Part shown: one piece after another, positions 13,762 to 25,271 of the stretch
Numbering within the stretch: position 1 is the stretch's first letter
Layout: each line of letters opens with the position of its first letter
Source: Somniosus microcephalus
Lineage: Eukaryota
NCBI GenBank assembly: GCA_052327205.1
Contig: CM126210.1
Span: 38,316,001-38,380,000 of the forward strand
Reading direction: 5' to 3'
DNA length: 64,000 nt
Translations under genes and position numbers: made by a program
The notes under the pieces: model-generated
What the model was told of the DNA's origin: nothing
Databases searched by the model: none
Seen by the model: the letters and a program-made list of their open reading frames with translations, nothing else

Positions 13762-14068
13762 AGAAAGAACTTGCATTTGTATAGCGCCTTTCACGACCAC
13801 AGCACATCCCAAAGCGCTTCACAGCCAATGAAGTACTTTTGAAGTGTAGCCACTGTTGTAATGTAAGAAATGCGGCAACCAAATTGGGCACAGCAAGTTC
13901 CCCAAAAACAGCGATGTGATAATGACCAGATAATCTGTTTTTGGGTGTTCGCTGAGGGATAAATATAGGCCAAGACACCGGGGAGAACTCCCCTGCTCTT
14001 CTTCGAAATAATGTCGGGATCTTTTACGTCCACCTGAGAGGGCAGACGGTTTAACGTTGCATCTGAAA
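13762..14068 (-). mobile_element. Deu-domain SINE (SacSINE1-like) with L2-type tail, head missing
   Basis: Minus strand reads ctctcaggtggacgtaaaagatccc..tttcgaagaagagcaggggagttctccccggtgtcttggcctatatttatccctca, the Deu core. Confidence 0.8.
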
Positions 14069-14107
14069 AACATATATGGGTGATGTATATATATGGGTGA
14101 TGGACAT

Positions 14108-14261
14108 CAACGTTCCCACTAAGCTGCACGGCGGTCTGGCGGTCTCGCACAGGCCACTCATCGGCTTTTAAGTGGGAGAAACCACATACGCGCGAAAATT
14201 TGAATGAGCAACACAGCCACTTAAAGGGACCACGCACCCCAAGAAAATGAGAGGAAACATC
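14108..14261. mobile_element. hAT-type MITE, copy 2 (degenerate)
   Basis: CAACGTTCCC...GAGGAAACATC ends; internal similarity to 11356-11504. Confidence 0.65.
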
Positions 14262-14298
14262 AATATGCATATGTATACATATATGATGTATATGTTAC

Positions 14299-14418
14299 CT
14301 TGTGGTTTGCAAGTTGCATTTTCACTTTGTCCGGATCGTTTGCAATTTCAAGATCCGAGTCCAGGTTTTTTTCCGAATCTTCTAACCATTCCATCAGTTT
14401 CTTCCAGGCCTCTTGGAA
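14299..14418 (-). CDS. DST: DST exon, 120 nt: [40 protein letters not shown]
   Basis: caatag|TTC...AAG|gtaaca; translated by hand. Confidence 0.95.
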
Positions 14419-15124
14419 CTATTGCCAAATAATAAAAATCACCAACATTCAATGCTTTAATATCCATACACTTGTCCTTAAAATAACGTCCTATTTTACT
14501 TGAAAGACTCCTGTACCTCTCAGAAGATTGCACCACATTATGGAAGATTAGAAAGGACAAACAATTAGCAGGAAAATTAGAACTTCAACTCGTAAAATGA
14601 GCAATAATTTAAATATATTAGAAAATTATATATAGTAGAAAATTATAACAAGACTGATCTGAGAGTTTTTTTCTAAAATAATAAAGTCTAATAGACATCC
14701 ATATTATAAAGTTTATATGTATTGCCAAAAAAGCGAGGCCAGTAATAGGATCAGTCTTTTCAACTGCATAATCACATGTAGTGTTTTTAATTAAATTCTT
14801 GACTCATCCAGAGGACTCTAAATATTTGAGCAGGTTTTGCTGGAGCGGGACAGCTCATGACATGCCCTGCTAGTTAGAGTTGTCCGTACACATTTGGGTT
14901 GTAAAATTTTTTGCCCACAAAGTTGCTGGAAGTGCGAGCCGATAACGGTGTGGCGAGGGCAATGGGGCATCTGGGACCTTGGTGAACGATGGGACCAACA
15001 ACCTGCCGCCACAACTAATGAGATTAAAAGATGGAGAAAGAACCCGAGGAAGGACTGAGGAGGAGGATGAATTCAATGGCCTAGAAATCGCGGTCGGAGG
15101 TGTACCTCCGGAGTACACATCTGA

Positions 15125-15748
15125 CCCGTGAAACAATTCCGAAAGTACCTCCGTCTGCCCAGGCTGCGAAAAGTTGCAGTCTTGGGCCTCGAGGTGGAAG
15201 GCAGCGTAATGGTGCACAGATCCCAGGGACGCAGGTGGTTCAGAAGCATACCTGGGATCACGTGGGCCTGGTCCTCCAATGACAAAAAGGAGAATTCCAT
15301 TGCAATCATTTACAAAGAGAATACCCTAATGATATGCAATGCAATCCCAAAATGTAAAAATTATACAATTGACAGAATTTAAAATTTTAATCATAATTAC
15401 CTTCATTCCACCAAACTCAATAAAAATTTAATTTTTTGATAATTTCATACATTAAAACTGTGAATGTGCATAACTTTGGATATGTAAGTGTACAATTTAA
15501 GCCTTAGATATTCCCTTACGCTGATGCAAACAAGCCCAGCCTGCTTGCATCAACTGTAAGACTTATGTGGGCAATTGCTGGCCAGTCGCTGGGCAAATAG
15601 CCCAATTCTGCATCAGGGATTGCCTTTTCAGAGCCCCCACGGATAGCCGGTCAATGCAAGCGCATGCGGAAATCCGGAACTTGCGGGATGTTTTAAAGGG
15701 ATTACGACGGTGAACTCTCGCCATCACAGACACTGCAATTTCAGGGCC
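15125..15748 (-). mobile_element. GC-rich-armed non-autonomous DNA element related to 21481-22219 and 62555-63260, inverted and partial
   Basis: Shares the gggatcacgtgggcc motif (reverse of ggcccacgtgatccc), an AT-rich centre and an aatttcagggcc end. Confidence 0.55.
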
Positions 15749-16394
15749 AATATCAAATCAGGCGTGCAACATTGAGACGTCATTATTTTTTTCAGCAAAA
15801 TCTGGGCCATGAAATCAAAAGTCAATGTTGAACTGATATGTTTGTAATGTTCCAGGTGAAAGTGATTGTGACAGCTCCGTAAGAGAAAACAATCCTATTA
15901 CTTCACTTCTGATTTCACTGTTTCCTCTCTAGTTTATTTACTCTTCCTCCATGCCAAGCTGAAAGGTCAGGCATACAAGAGGTCAAACTGAAAGGTCAGG
16001 CATACAAGAGGTCAAACTGAAAGGCCAGATAAGGAGCCTGCACCCAGGTCTCGTGGGGCCAGTTTGCTATTGAGAGCAGCCTGATTAACTCATCCCATGA
16101 TTTTGCTTGTTTCTCTGTACGCATCAACTCGTCCTTGCTTGATGCTTTTCTCCTTCACTTTCCCAAAGGACCCCGAGAAGCAGCAATGGGGAATGCTGGG
16201 TGTGGACTCGCACTCTGCTGGTGAACAGACACACAGACACCTGGCCTCTGTCTTTACATTTGTTCCACTATATAGATCCAAATGGAAAGTAAAAATGTGA
16301 ATAAACTTTTCAGGCTAAGTATTCCCATTAACGAGCAAAGATATTTCATGGTCTTTACTCTTTGGCAATTATAACTGCATCAATAGTCATAAAT

Positions 16395-16685
16395 AATCAT
16401 AAATATACAACAGTCACTAATAAATCCAATAAGAAATTCGGAAGAAACTTCTCTATTCAGAGAGTGGTGAGAATGTGGAACTCGCTACCACAAGGAGTAG
16501 TTGAGGCGAATAGCATAGATGCATTTAAGGGGAAGCTTGAAAAACACACGAGGGATAAAGGAATAGAAGGGTATGCTGATAGGGTCAGATGAAGAGGGGT
16601 GGGAGGAGGCTCGGGTGGAGCATAAACAGCGGTGTGGGCCAGTTGGGCCGATTGGCCTGTTTCTGTGCTGTGAAGTCTATGTAAT
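16395..16685 (+). mobile_element. CR1 LINE 3' end fragment
   Basis: GRNFSIQRVVRMWNSLPQGVVEANSIDAFKGKL; same subfamily as about 2175-2365 and 43830-44330. Confidence 0.9.
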
Positions 16686-16971
16686 AGCGGAGGCTGTAGA
16701 GAGCAAGAAGATCTCAAGAAGAAGTGCACTTCAGGGGCCAGTTAGTGAATTTTACAAGATCAAAGTCACAGCAGTTCATACTAAAGAACATTTAAACCCT
16801 AAACAACTTTACAAGCTCGCACCTCTAGAAATTTTGATTTTATTCCACCCATTTGGCAAAGAATGATACAAAAAACCTCACAATTTGACATCACAATTGC
16901 ACCTTGTTCCGATACAACCACACCAGGTTTTTGCTGCTTTATTATTTTCTCTAGCGATGAGATCCTTTTAC

Positions 16972-17178
16972 CTGTTTAGCACGTTTCCTTGCATCATCTA
17001 GTCCTCTTCCTCTATCAACAGAACGCTGCACAACCTTCTCCCATCGAGCTTGAACACTGATCAGCAAGTTCTTAATGAGCACCACGTCCTGCTTCTGACT
17101 GAAGTACTTCAGGTGGGTACCCGTCTTATCCAGTTCAATTATTTTCTCACGGTGCGAGGTGACCCCATTGGCAAAAAC
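16972..17178 (-). CDS. DST: DST exon, 207 nt: [69 protein letters not shown]
   Basis: tttcag|GTT...CAG|gtaaaa. Confidence 0.96.
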
Positions 17179-17291
17179 CTGAAAATGTGGAAAACACAAT
17201 AGCAAAATGCATTTGCTCAATGTAAGAAAGATCAGTATGCTTTGGCTCAAAGATATTTAGAAATTTCTAAATGTCTATTCAGGTCAAATAC

Positions 17292-17447
17292 CTTGTGTTC
17301 GTCAATCTGGAACAGAATAGTGTCCAGAATGAGACTTGGTGATGAAGCTAATGTCAAAGTTTGCTCTGCTTGAGTCAGCCAGTTGATGAAGTCTTGAAGG
17401 GAATTGTGGAACTCGGTGGCCAGATTCAGGGCCTCCTCCAGTTTAAC
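17292..17447 (-). CDS. DST: DST exon, 156 nt: [52 protein letters not shown]
   Basis: gtgcag|GTT...AAG|gtattt. Confidence 0.96.
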
Positions 17448-18233
17448 CTGCACATAATGAGGTGATCAGCTGTTTCATCCTTAAATGAATGCTACACATC
17501 CATTGAAAGTGCTCATTATTCTTTCCCCAAATTACAACAGGGACTACTCTTTACAAATAGCACCTTGGGACATCTAGAGGTCGTGAAAGGCGCTGTATAA
17601 ATGCAAGTTCATTCGTTCTCTCTTTGTGAATTTTGTGTTCAAAGTGAAGGGCATCAGTGCTGGGGAGTGGAACACTTTCCATTTAGGCATCCAGTGTCAG
17701 CATCAAGGGCTCCCAGGTTAGGTACAGCACTGCGAGTTGCAGAGTAAAGCTCCTTCTACTCTGCCCCAACAAACTGCCTCAACCCAATCTTCAGAAGACC
17801 ACTCTCTCTCTCTATCTACCCCATCAGTGTGACACTTTTCCATTTCCTACACTTGTCACATCTGTGGTCTCCAACTGAGATTGCCCACTTATTGCCAAAT
17901 TTTCATAATCATCATCTTTGGAATTTCCACTCTTGCATTTTGACCCTAGCACCATTACTCAGCACTCAATGTCCTCGCTCATGTTCATATCTCCTTCTGT
18001 CGCTCGGTGTCACATTCTCTTCGATAACACTCCTGTGAAGCGCCTTGGGACGTTTTATTGTGTTAAAGGTGCTATATAAATGCAAGTCGCCGTTGTTGTT
18101 CTGATTGGACTCGCAAATTATTCAGCAAAACAAGGGCTAAAACTGCTCCAACATACTAAAAGGTGACAACATTTTTTTGATTAAAAAATGTTTTTCGCAC
18201 TAGTTCGCATTAGAAAAATACACAATGTTGTAC

Positions 18234-18395
18234 CTTTCGTTCAGTTAGTTTTACTTCAACAGATTCCCATCTTTCTTTCAGGTGGTTGATGCCTCGCTCC
18301 ACATTACCATCACCAGCTCCCTCACAACTCAGCCGCCCCTTATTTATCAGGTTCTTGTAGATCTCCTCTTTGGCTTCAAACGCAGCACAGAGCTC
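18234..18395 (-). CDS. DST: DST exon, 162 nt: ELCAAFEAKEEIYKNLINKGRLSCEGAGDGNVERGINHLKERWESVEVKLTERK
   Basis: acgtag|GAG...AAG|gtacaa; translated by hand. Confidence 0.92.
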
Positions 18396-18484
18396 CTACG
18401 TGAAAGCAAACATCACTTCCTTGTTAACAGTGAGTGTTTACACATATTCATATACATTTATATATGGCAGACCACTAGAGACAA

Positions 18485-19220
18485 GTTGGTATGCTTCAGT
18501 TGTACAGAGCCGTAGTCAGATCCCATCTACGTTCAGTTTTGGTCTTGGATGGGATACAGTGCAAATTCACCAGAATTACACTGGAGTTTAAAGGGTTAAA
18601 TTACAAAGACAGGTTGCATAACCTTGGTTTGTATTTCCTTGAGTTTAGAAGGTTGAAGGGTGATCTAATTGAGGTGTTTAAAATGACAAAATGATTCAAA
18701 AGGGTAGAGAGAAACTATTTGCCTCTGGTGGGGGAATCCAGAATAAGGAGACATAATCTTAAAATTAGAGCCTGGCTATTCAGGAGTGACATCAGGAAGC
18801 ACTTTTTCACACAAAGGGTGGTGGAAATCTGGAACACTCCTCCCCAAAAGGCTGTTGAGGCTGGGGGTCAATTGGCGTTTTCAAGACTGAGATCGCTAAG
18901 ATTTTTGTTGGGCAATGGCATCAAGGGATATGGATCAAAGGCAGGTAAATGGAGTTAAGAGACAGATCAGCCATGATCTACTTGAATGGTGGAACAGGCT
19001 ACAAGCTAATGTCAAAGCTTGCTCTGCTTGAGTCAGCCAGTTGATGAAGTCTTGAAGGGAATTGTGGAACTCGGTGGCCAGATTGAGGGCCTCCTCCAGT
19101 TTAACCTGCACATAATGAGATGGTGATCAGCTGTTTCATCCTTAACGAATGCTATACATCCATTGAAAGTGCTCATTATTCTTTCCCCAACGGGCTGAAT
19201 GGCCTCCTCCTGTTCCTAAT
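18485..19220 (+). mobile_element. Degenerate CR1 3' fragment interrupted by a DST exon copy
   Basis: MLQLYRAVVRSHL, LEFRRLKGDLIEVFK, RKHFFTQRVVEIWN; 3' UTR split at 19002/19191. Confidence 0.9.
19003..19190 (-). pseudogene. Duplicated fragment of DST (copy of 17345-17530: splice acceptor, flanking intron and first 103 nt of the exon)
   Basis: Near-identical direct copy with about 4 substitutions and 2 small indels. Confidence 0.95.
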
Positions 19221-19334
19221 TCAGTTAGCTATTGCTACATGGGTGCAGCTGTAAGGATCTGCGACTAATACCAAATTAGCTCCACTGCCAAGGGTAACCC
19301 GGAAACCAATGGCAAACCTGGCAAAGTAAACAGA

Positions 19335-19696
19335 GAAACATAGAAGATAGGAGCAGGAGTAGGCCATTCGGCCCTTCGAGCCTGCTCCGCCATTCAACGA
19401 GATCATGGCTGATCATCCAAACCCTAGCACCCGGTCCCTACACTGACAGCCATCCCACCCAAGCCCTATCCCTGTAACCCCACGTATTTAATCCCCCCTA
19501 ACACTAAGGGCCAATTTTTATCATGGCCAATCAACCTAACCCGCACATCTTTGGACTGTGGGAGGAAACCGGAGGAAACCCACGCAAACACGGGGAGAAT
19601 GTGCAAACTCCACACAGACAGTCACCCGAGGCCGGATTTGAACCCGGGTCCCTGGCGCTGTGAGGCAACAGTGCTAACCACTATGCCACCGTGCCG
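19335..19696 (-). mobile_element. V-SINE (HE1-like): tRNA-derived head, V core and CR1/HER1-derived tail
   Basis: Head ggcacggtggcatagtggttagcactgttgcctcacagcgccagggacccgggttcaaatcc (A/B boxes), core gtctgtgtggagtttgcacattctccccgtgtttgcgtgggtttcctccgg. Confidence 0.88.
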
Positions 19697-20074
19697 ATGC
19701 CTCCCCACCGGATAATGAGGCGCCGGTCTGTGTCTCTGAACCGCAACATAAACGTGAAGCAGGATACCGCGGGACGCAGTTCTGGCTCTGGCTACGGGCA
19801 GGCTGAGCATTTGAAGTGTTCACACCTGCTGCATTGTGGCCAGTGAAGCAGTTTTGCCTCCCACTGGCTTGAAATGAACTTCCACATCAAATGGGAAATT
19901 GTCACAACAACCCTTTAATCTGCTTCCAGATGTTGTAGGAAGCACCTCACTATAAAAACGGAGTAAATGCTCACTGCCACTGGGCAGGATGGACACAGAT
20001 TGACTCCGGCTCATTTACCTTACTGATCTGATCCGCGTTGTGTGCAGATGCGAGTCTATGGCTGTTGTTGTGCT

Positions 20075-20405
20075 GGGAAACACAGCAGCTAATTTACGCA
20101 CAGCAAGGTCCCATGAACAGCAATGAAAGAAATGACTAGACCATCTGATTTAGGGATGCTGGCTGAGGGATAAATATTGGCCAGGACACCAGGGAAAACT
20201 CCCTTACTCTTCTTTGATATAGTGCCGTGGGATCTTTTACGCCTCCCTTGCTTTAACATCGCATCCAAAAGACAGCACCTCCGACAGTGCAGCACTCCCA
20301 GTACTGCACTGGGAGTGCCCGTCTAAATTTTGTTCTCAAGCCTCTGAAGTGGGGCTCGAACCCACAACCCTCTGACTCAGAGGTGAGAATGCTACAACTG
20401 ACACC
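20075..20405 (-). mobile_element. Deu-domain SINE (SacSINE1-like) with tRNA-derived head
   Basis: Head ctctgagtcagagggttgtgggttcgagcccc (B box) followed by the Deu core also seen at 13762-14068. Confidence 0.8.
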
Positions 20406-20852
20406 TTGGGTCACAGGCCTGCTGCTTTGCCAGGATAAAATTCAAGGAACTATAAAGAAAATTCAATTAATGAAAATAAATGCTTCAGTTTCTACCATAA
20501 CAGGAGCTGCAGCGGACTTTGCAAAGCTGTTCCTTCAGAAAGAGCAGCTTTCTATGCTGTATAAAAGCAGCTTAAAACATGGGGATCTGCTGAAGCCAGT
20601 GCTAGGTGCTTGGAATTCCTTTAGTCACAAGTCAATAAGATGCATGAACATTAGTCGGGATTCACAAAAACAATCAAGGCTTATCACCAGAACAATGGGC
20701 CACAATTTAATGAAGTAATATTTTCATAACAAGAGTCTTTTGTTGTCATTAAGCAATCCTACTTTGTTCCCTCTCGTTACTTTGATACAGAAACTTCTCC
20801 CAGTTCTGTAAGTAAACCATCTGTGCAGCCTTCACCACTGAACGATACGTAC

Positions 20853-20981
20853 CAGATGGACATTAAGCTGCTCCCTGGCAGTTTCTGGCAGACCTCCAAC
20901 AGGTTTTGATGCTGACAGCTGACGTTCAGTTTCTACCAGCCACCGCTGCATATCTTCAATCTCACTCTGGAAACCTTGAGC
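20853..20981 (-). CDS. DST: DST exon, 129 nt: [43 protein letters not shown]
   Basis: atgtag|GCT...CTG|gtacgt; GGLPETA motif. Confidence 0.95.
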
Positions 20982-21480
20982 CTACATCATACAAAGAATT
21001 GACATCATCATCTTCTGCTGACCAGAACAAGGACAACTCCCCTCCCCCAAGTTTGCGCACCCTGGTGGCATTTTCTTCCCAACCAATTTAATTAAGGACT
21101 TCTTACCAGATCTGCAACACCAGAGGCAGTCAAGGCTCAGTAAAAGCAACTTTCATTAAAATTTGATGCGGCTCCGAGCAGCACGCAAGTGCACTGACGC
21201 AGTGTCACAGAAAAGTGCAACAGGTAATCTCATCGCAATTCACCAACTGAAGCCAGGCCTTGGTGGGGAGGTGCTCTTGACCATGAGAGAAGAAAACTTG
21301 ACTCATGTTGCCGTCATGAGTGGCACCTGCAGAGGAACGGCAACAGATCACAAACAACACCTGCTTGCTCTCTCGGCCAAGCATTCTTGAGTGGCATGGG
21401 GAAGCCCTCAAGGAGGCTGGTGAAAAGTAGCTACATTGCTGTTCATCCCCTCACTACAAGGGACAGAAATTTTATTAATA

Positions 21481-22219
21481 GGGGCAAAAATTCCGATCCC
21501 TACAGGTGTGCATGCGCTGTGTACTCACCAGTAGGGACATCGGAAATGCCGGTTTCAGGCATGCACTGCAAACCGGCATTTCCGATCTGTCAAGAAAGCT
21601 CTTGACAGATCCTCCAGCTGCCCTGGAGAAGGGCCTCTGCGGGCGGAGAGTTCCGCTTTTTGGAGACCCTCCGCCCGCAGAAAACACTTACAATTCTTGT
21701 GCCTGGTAAAAGCAGGTGTAAGACCTGCTTTTACCAGGTTAAGAGTTGAAAAAAGTTTTTTTTTAAATTCCCACTGAATTATCATTTAAAAATACTTTAA
21801 AGAAAGGTAAGTTTATTTTTAGCCCTGTTAAAAACTTTAATTTTTTTTTCAAAAATTTAAATTTTTTGTTTAAAATAGTTAATTTATGTAATTTCAAGTC
21901 ATTTTAAAAATGTGATTTTTTTTTTTTAAATGTATTTGAAGATTTACTATGTTTTTGGGGGTGATCTCCATTCATATATTTGACAGGTCTTCCTGTCAAA
22001 TGTATGAAGGGACATTCCCTTCTCTGATTGGCTCCCCGTGATCCCAGGGAAGCTGCGAACTACCTGCGCCTCTGGGATACGTGGGCCCTGCGCACCGGCA
22101 GTTTGGAGAAGCCCAGCAGCGGAACTCTGTGCCTCCCGGGAGCCCTCAGGTAAGGGCGTAGATTTTTTCAGATCGCAGGCCTCCCACGGGCGGAGGGCTG
22201 TGATCGGAAAATCTGGGCC
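21481..22219 (+). mobile_element. About 740-bp TIR-bounded non-autonomous DNA element (possibly Harbinger-like), copy 1
   Basis: Ends ggggcaaaaattccgatc / gatcggaaaatctgggcc; colinear with 62555-63260. Confidence 0.75.
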
Positions 22220-22621
22220 AATATGTCTGTGGGGATCCAAAGAGAAAAAAAAAACACGGAAGAATATTCCCAGGTAGGAAAAATCAACACTGAGAAATGT
22301 AACATTTCTCCTTATGCAGGTAATTTTGCTTCTATAAGTTTATTTCAGCCATTTCCCCAGAATGGCTCCAACATGGATGTAACTCGAACAGAACCTGTCG
22401 CTCCTATTTGCCACTGGTGTACCAGCATAAAACTAAGGCCTGCAAATTAATTTTGATCTGCATTGCTGGTCTCCAAGGTCTCACAGGATACTATCCTGTT
22501 GTTGTTCATCTGGGAGGCTGGATTCTAAAAAGCCCCAGTTAAGCCTGTCGCCATTGCAGTTAGCTGCATCACTCAGTCTGGGCGCAAGGAAGCCTGAAAC
22601 TAATTCTCGGCCTTGCCTTAC

Positions 22622-22819
22622 CTGGATGAGAGAGACACTCAGTTGCTGCTGCCGTTGGCCGGTTTGTTCTAGCACATTCTTCCAGCGCTGGTTCAGACTT
22701 TCCAGCTTGCTTTGTAGGCTGCTGGCTTCCTCCACATCGCTCGATTCAAGCAGATCATTTCCAGCTTTGCTCACAGTCTCCACTGTGGACTTGTGGGCTA
22801 GAACATCATTTTGCAGAAC
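22622..22819 (-). CDS. DST: DST exon, 198 nt: [66 protein letters not shown]
   Basis: ttttag|GTT...CAG|gtaagg. Confidence 0.95.
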
Positions 22820-24367
22820 CTAAAATACAAACTACACTTTTAGAAGATCTTGGTTAATCTTGGTCATCCTGTGAGGTGAGCCACACAAGTCAAGGAAGGC
22901 ATTGGATTGTGTGCTGACTTAACTGCTCCAAAGCAGGGCAGTGGTAGAGGTGATGCAATTGGTCTCAGTGAAGAGGCAAAACCAGCCAAGATTCCCTGGA
23001 TCACTGTCCAGTAACTCCTGTCGGGCGCATGTGTGGACAACTACAATCCCAGGTATTGGGCTCATGGGTGATTAAATAGCCTGTCACCACTGAATGCCAA
23101 GGCACACATTAACAATGTTCATTTGACAGGGCCCTGCAGTATCCAAGGAGAAGCAAACTAGACAAAGGGCAGGAGGGTGGCAAAAATTGGTGATAAAGGG
23201 AACAGACCGTTAATTAACTAAGATTCACTAGGGGGATATTCACAGTCCTAGTGCTGGTGAAAAGTAGCTTTAGTTTTGCACACATGCTAAACTTGTGCGA
23301 TGTAAATCGAGTCTTACGACCCGAACTGACACCAAAGTGAAGCAGAATAATACGGCCTACACTCCAGTGTCAGCTCAGGCCCAGACTCCAGCTTCAGGCT
23401 GAGTTTACGTGACATAAAAGCATTCTGTGTCAATGCTACAGCTGGGAGTGTAAAATATCATTATTTAATGTAAATGCAATGCAAGCAATACTGAACCTGC
23501 TTACTGAAACTCTGCACACTAATTTGTAGTAGAATTTCTCCATTTAAAAAAAGTATGCCCACGACAGATATTAGTAGATTACTCATTTGCCATTGCGTAG
23601 TAACATTCTCCCTTCCTACCATAAGAGTGAGGCCTGAGTCACTCGCGTATTCTTAAATTAAGCCCATAATCTGAATTACAAAGACAAATTATTCCAAGTT
23701 GATAACTGGCGCCTTGTTAAAATGCATAATTTGCATTACCAAAACATCATCAATGGGACAGAGAAAAAAACTGCAAATGTAGGTCAGTCAGCATCCAAAG
23801 TTAGGTCAATGTTTTGCATGGGATTCTTCGTCAGAACTTTCAGTTCCTGTAGTGTTGATGCAATGTCCCACCCATTACGTGAGAACCTCCTCTTTCAGGT
23901 ACTGAGTGACCTGCTGTGTATTCCCAGCGGTCTGTGTTATTCTGTGGTGCCAACAGGATCATGGATTGAAGCTCAGCAATGCCCCTTTCATCCATTGCTT
24001 GGCCAACCCTTAAGGTGATCCTGCCACACAGCTCATTTGAAAAGGCGGGAAACAACACGATTTTAATCAATGAAATTCAAGCTGTTGATTCATGATCTCT
24101 GACAGGTTCCTTATTAAACCTATCAGCAATCAGATTTTTGGTTTTAAAAAGCACATTGAAGGGGAGAAAATTGCAGGGCTATGGGGGAACGAGCAGGGGG
24201 GTAGTGGGACTAAGAGCCGGCACAGGCACGATGCCTCCTTCTGTGATGTAAGATTCTATGATTAGCTGATTATATAAATAGCATGTGAACTGCACGTCTC
24301 CCTGAGAACTAAAAGGCTTAAAAAGTAGAATTGAAAAACGAGCAGTACAGAATGTGGCATTACGTAC

Positions 24368-24523
24368 ATGATGTTTGGCAATTGCAATTTCAATAGCTTT
24401 AGGATCTCTGCCAACAGCTTTTTGTTCATTTAGCAGCTCCTCGGTGTGGGTCAACCACGTCATCAGTTCATCCAGGGCATGCTGGAACTGCCCCAGAGCT
24501 AACAGAGCACCTTCCAGTTTATG
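24368..24523 (-). CDS. DST: DST exon, 156 nt: [52 protein letters not shown]
   Basis: ttgcag|CAT...CAT|gtacgt. Confidence 0.96.
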
Positions 24524-24841
24524 CTGCAATTACAAAAGGATTAGTAATTTTACTCAACACTGGAATAAATGCCACTTAAACAATGCAGTCCTTCTATAAA
24601 ATCAAAACAAACATGTTCAAGTCTTCTCTCTGTTGAAGTTAAGACGACTGCATTTCAAGGGATAATTCCATCCTCCATTTACTAAATCACTCACACACCA
24701 GGCGAAGAGCTGGCGATCATTCCGGATTCTGTTTGATGCACAATTTTAAAAAGGCAGAGTTTGGCAAAAGATCAAACTGTAGGCAATGGCTTTAGGCTGG
24801 GTTAGCATTCATAGGCCCTTCAGCCATCACAGATTTATTAC

Positions 24842-25015
24842 CTGTCTGTTGACGATTTTCCCGTCCAGATTTTCCCAGAGATGTTTCAGCTCGTGAAGAG
24901 GCTCTTGTACGACACGCTTGTCATCATCTTCGCTCACCTTCTTCAGCAGCAATTCTCCCTGATGATTCAGTCGCTCCATTTCTATCTGCTGCTGATACGC
25001 CTCAGTCTTAAAGTG
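24842..25015 (-). CDS. DST: DST exon, 174 nt: [58 protein letters not shown]
   Basis: taacag|CAC...CAG|gtaata; translated by hand. Confidence 0.95.
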
Positions 25016-25169
25016 CTGTTAAAGGTCAGAAATACACAAACATTGCAGGGTCAGACAACACTCCTTACAGATTCGTACAAATTTAATTAGTGGCTTTGCA
25101 AAACCATAACTGATAACAAACTTCAATTCTGCTCATCCGCAAAACTTTAAAAAATGCAGATTTATGTAC

Positions 25170-25271
25170 CTTGAGCTCAGCAATTTGTTGTTTCACCGTC
25201 TCCAGATCTGTACCAACCGGGGGCATTGTATTTAATTTACTCTCTGCAATGTCCATCCAGTCAAACATAGC
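25170..25271 (-). CDS. DST: DST exon, 102 nt: AMFDWMDIAESKLNTMPPVGTDLETVKQQIAELK
   Basis: attcag|GCT...AAG|gtacat. Confidence 0.95.

Noticed and set aside
19630-19696. tRNA gene
   Set aside because: The A/B boxes belong to a SINE head contiguous with the V core; there is no full cloverleaf.
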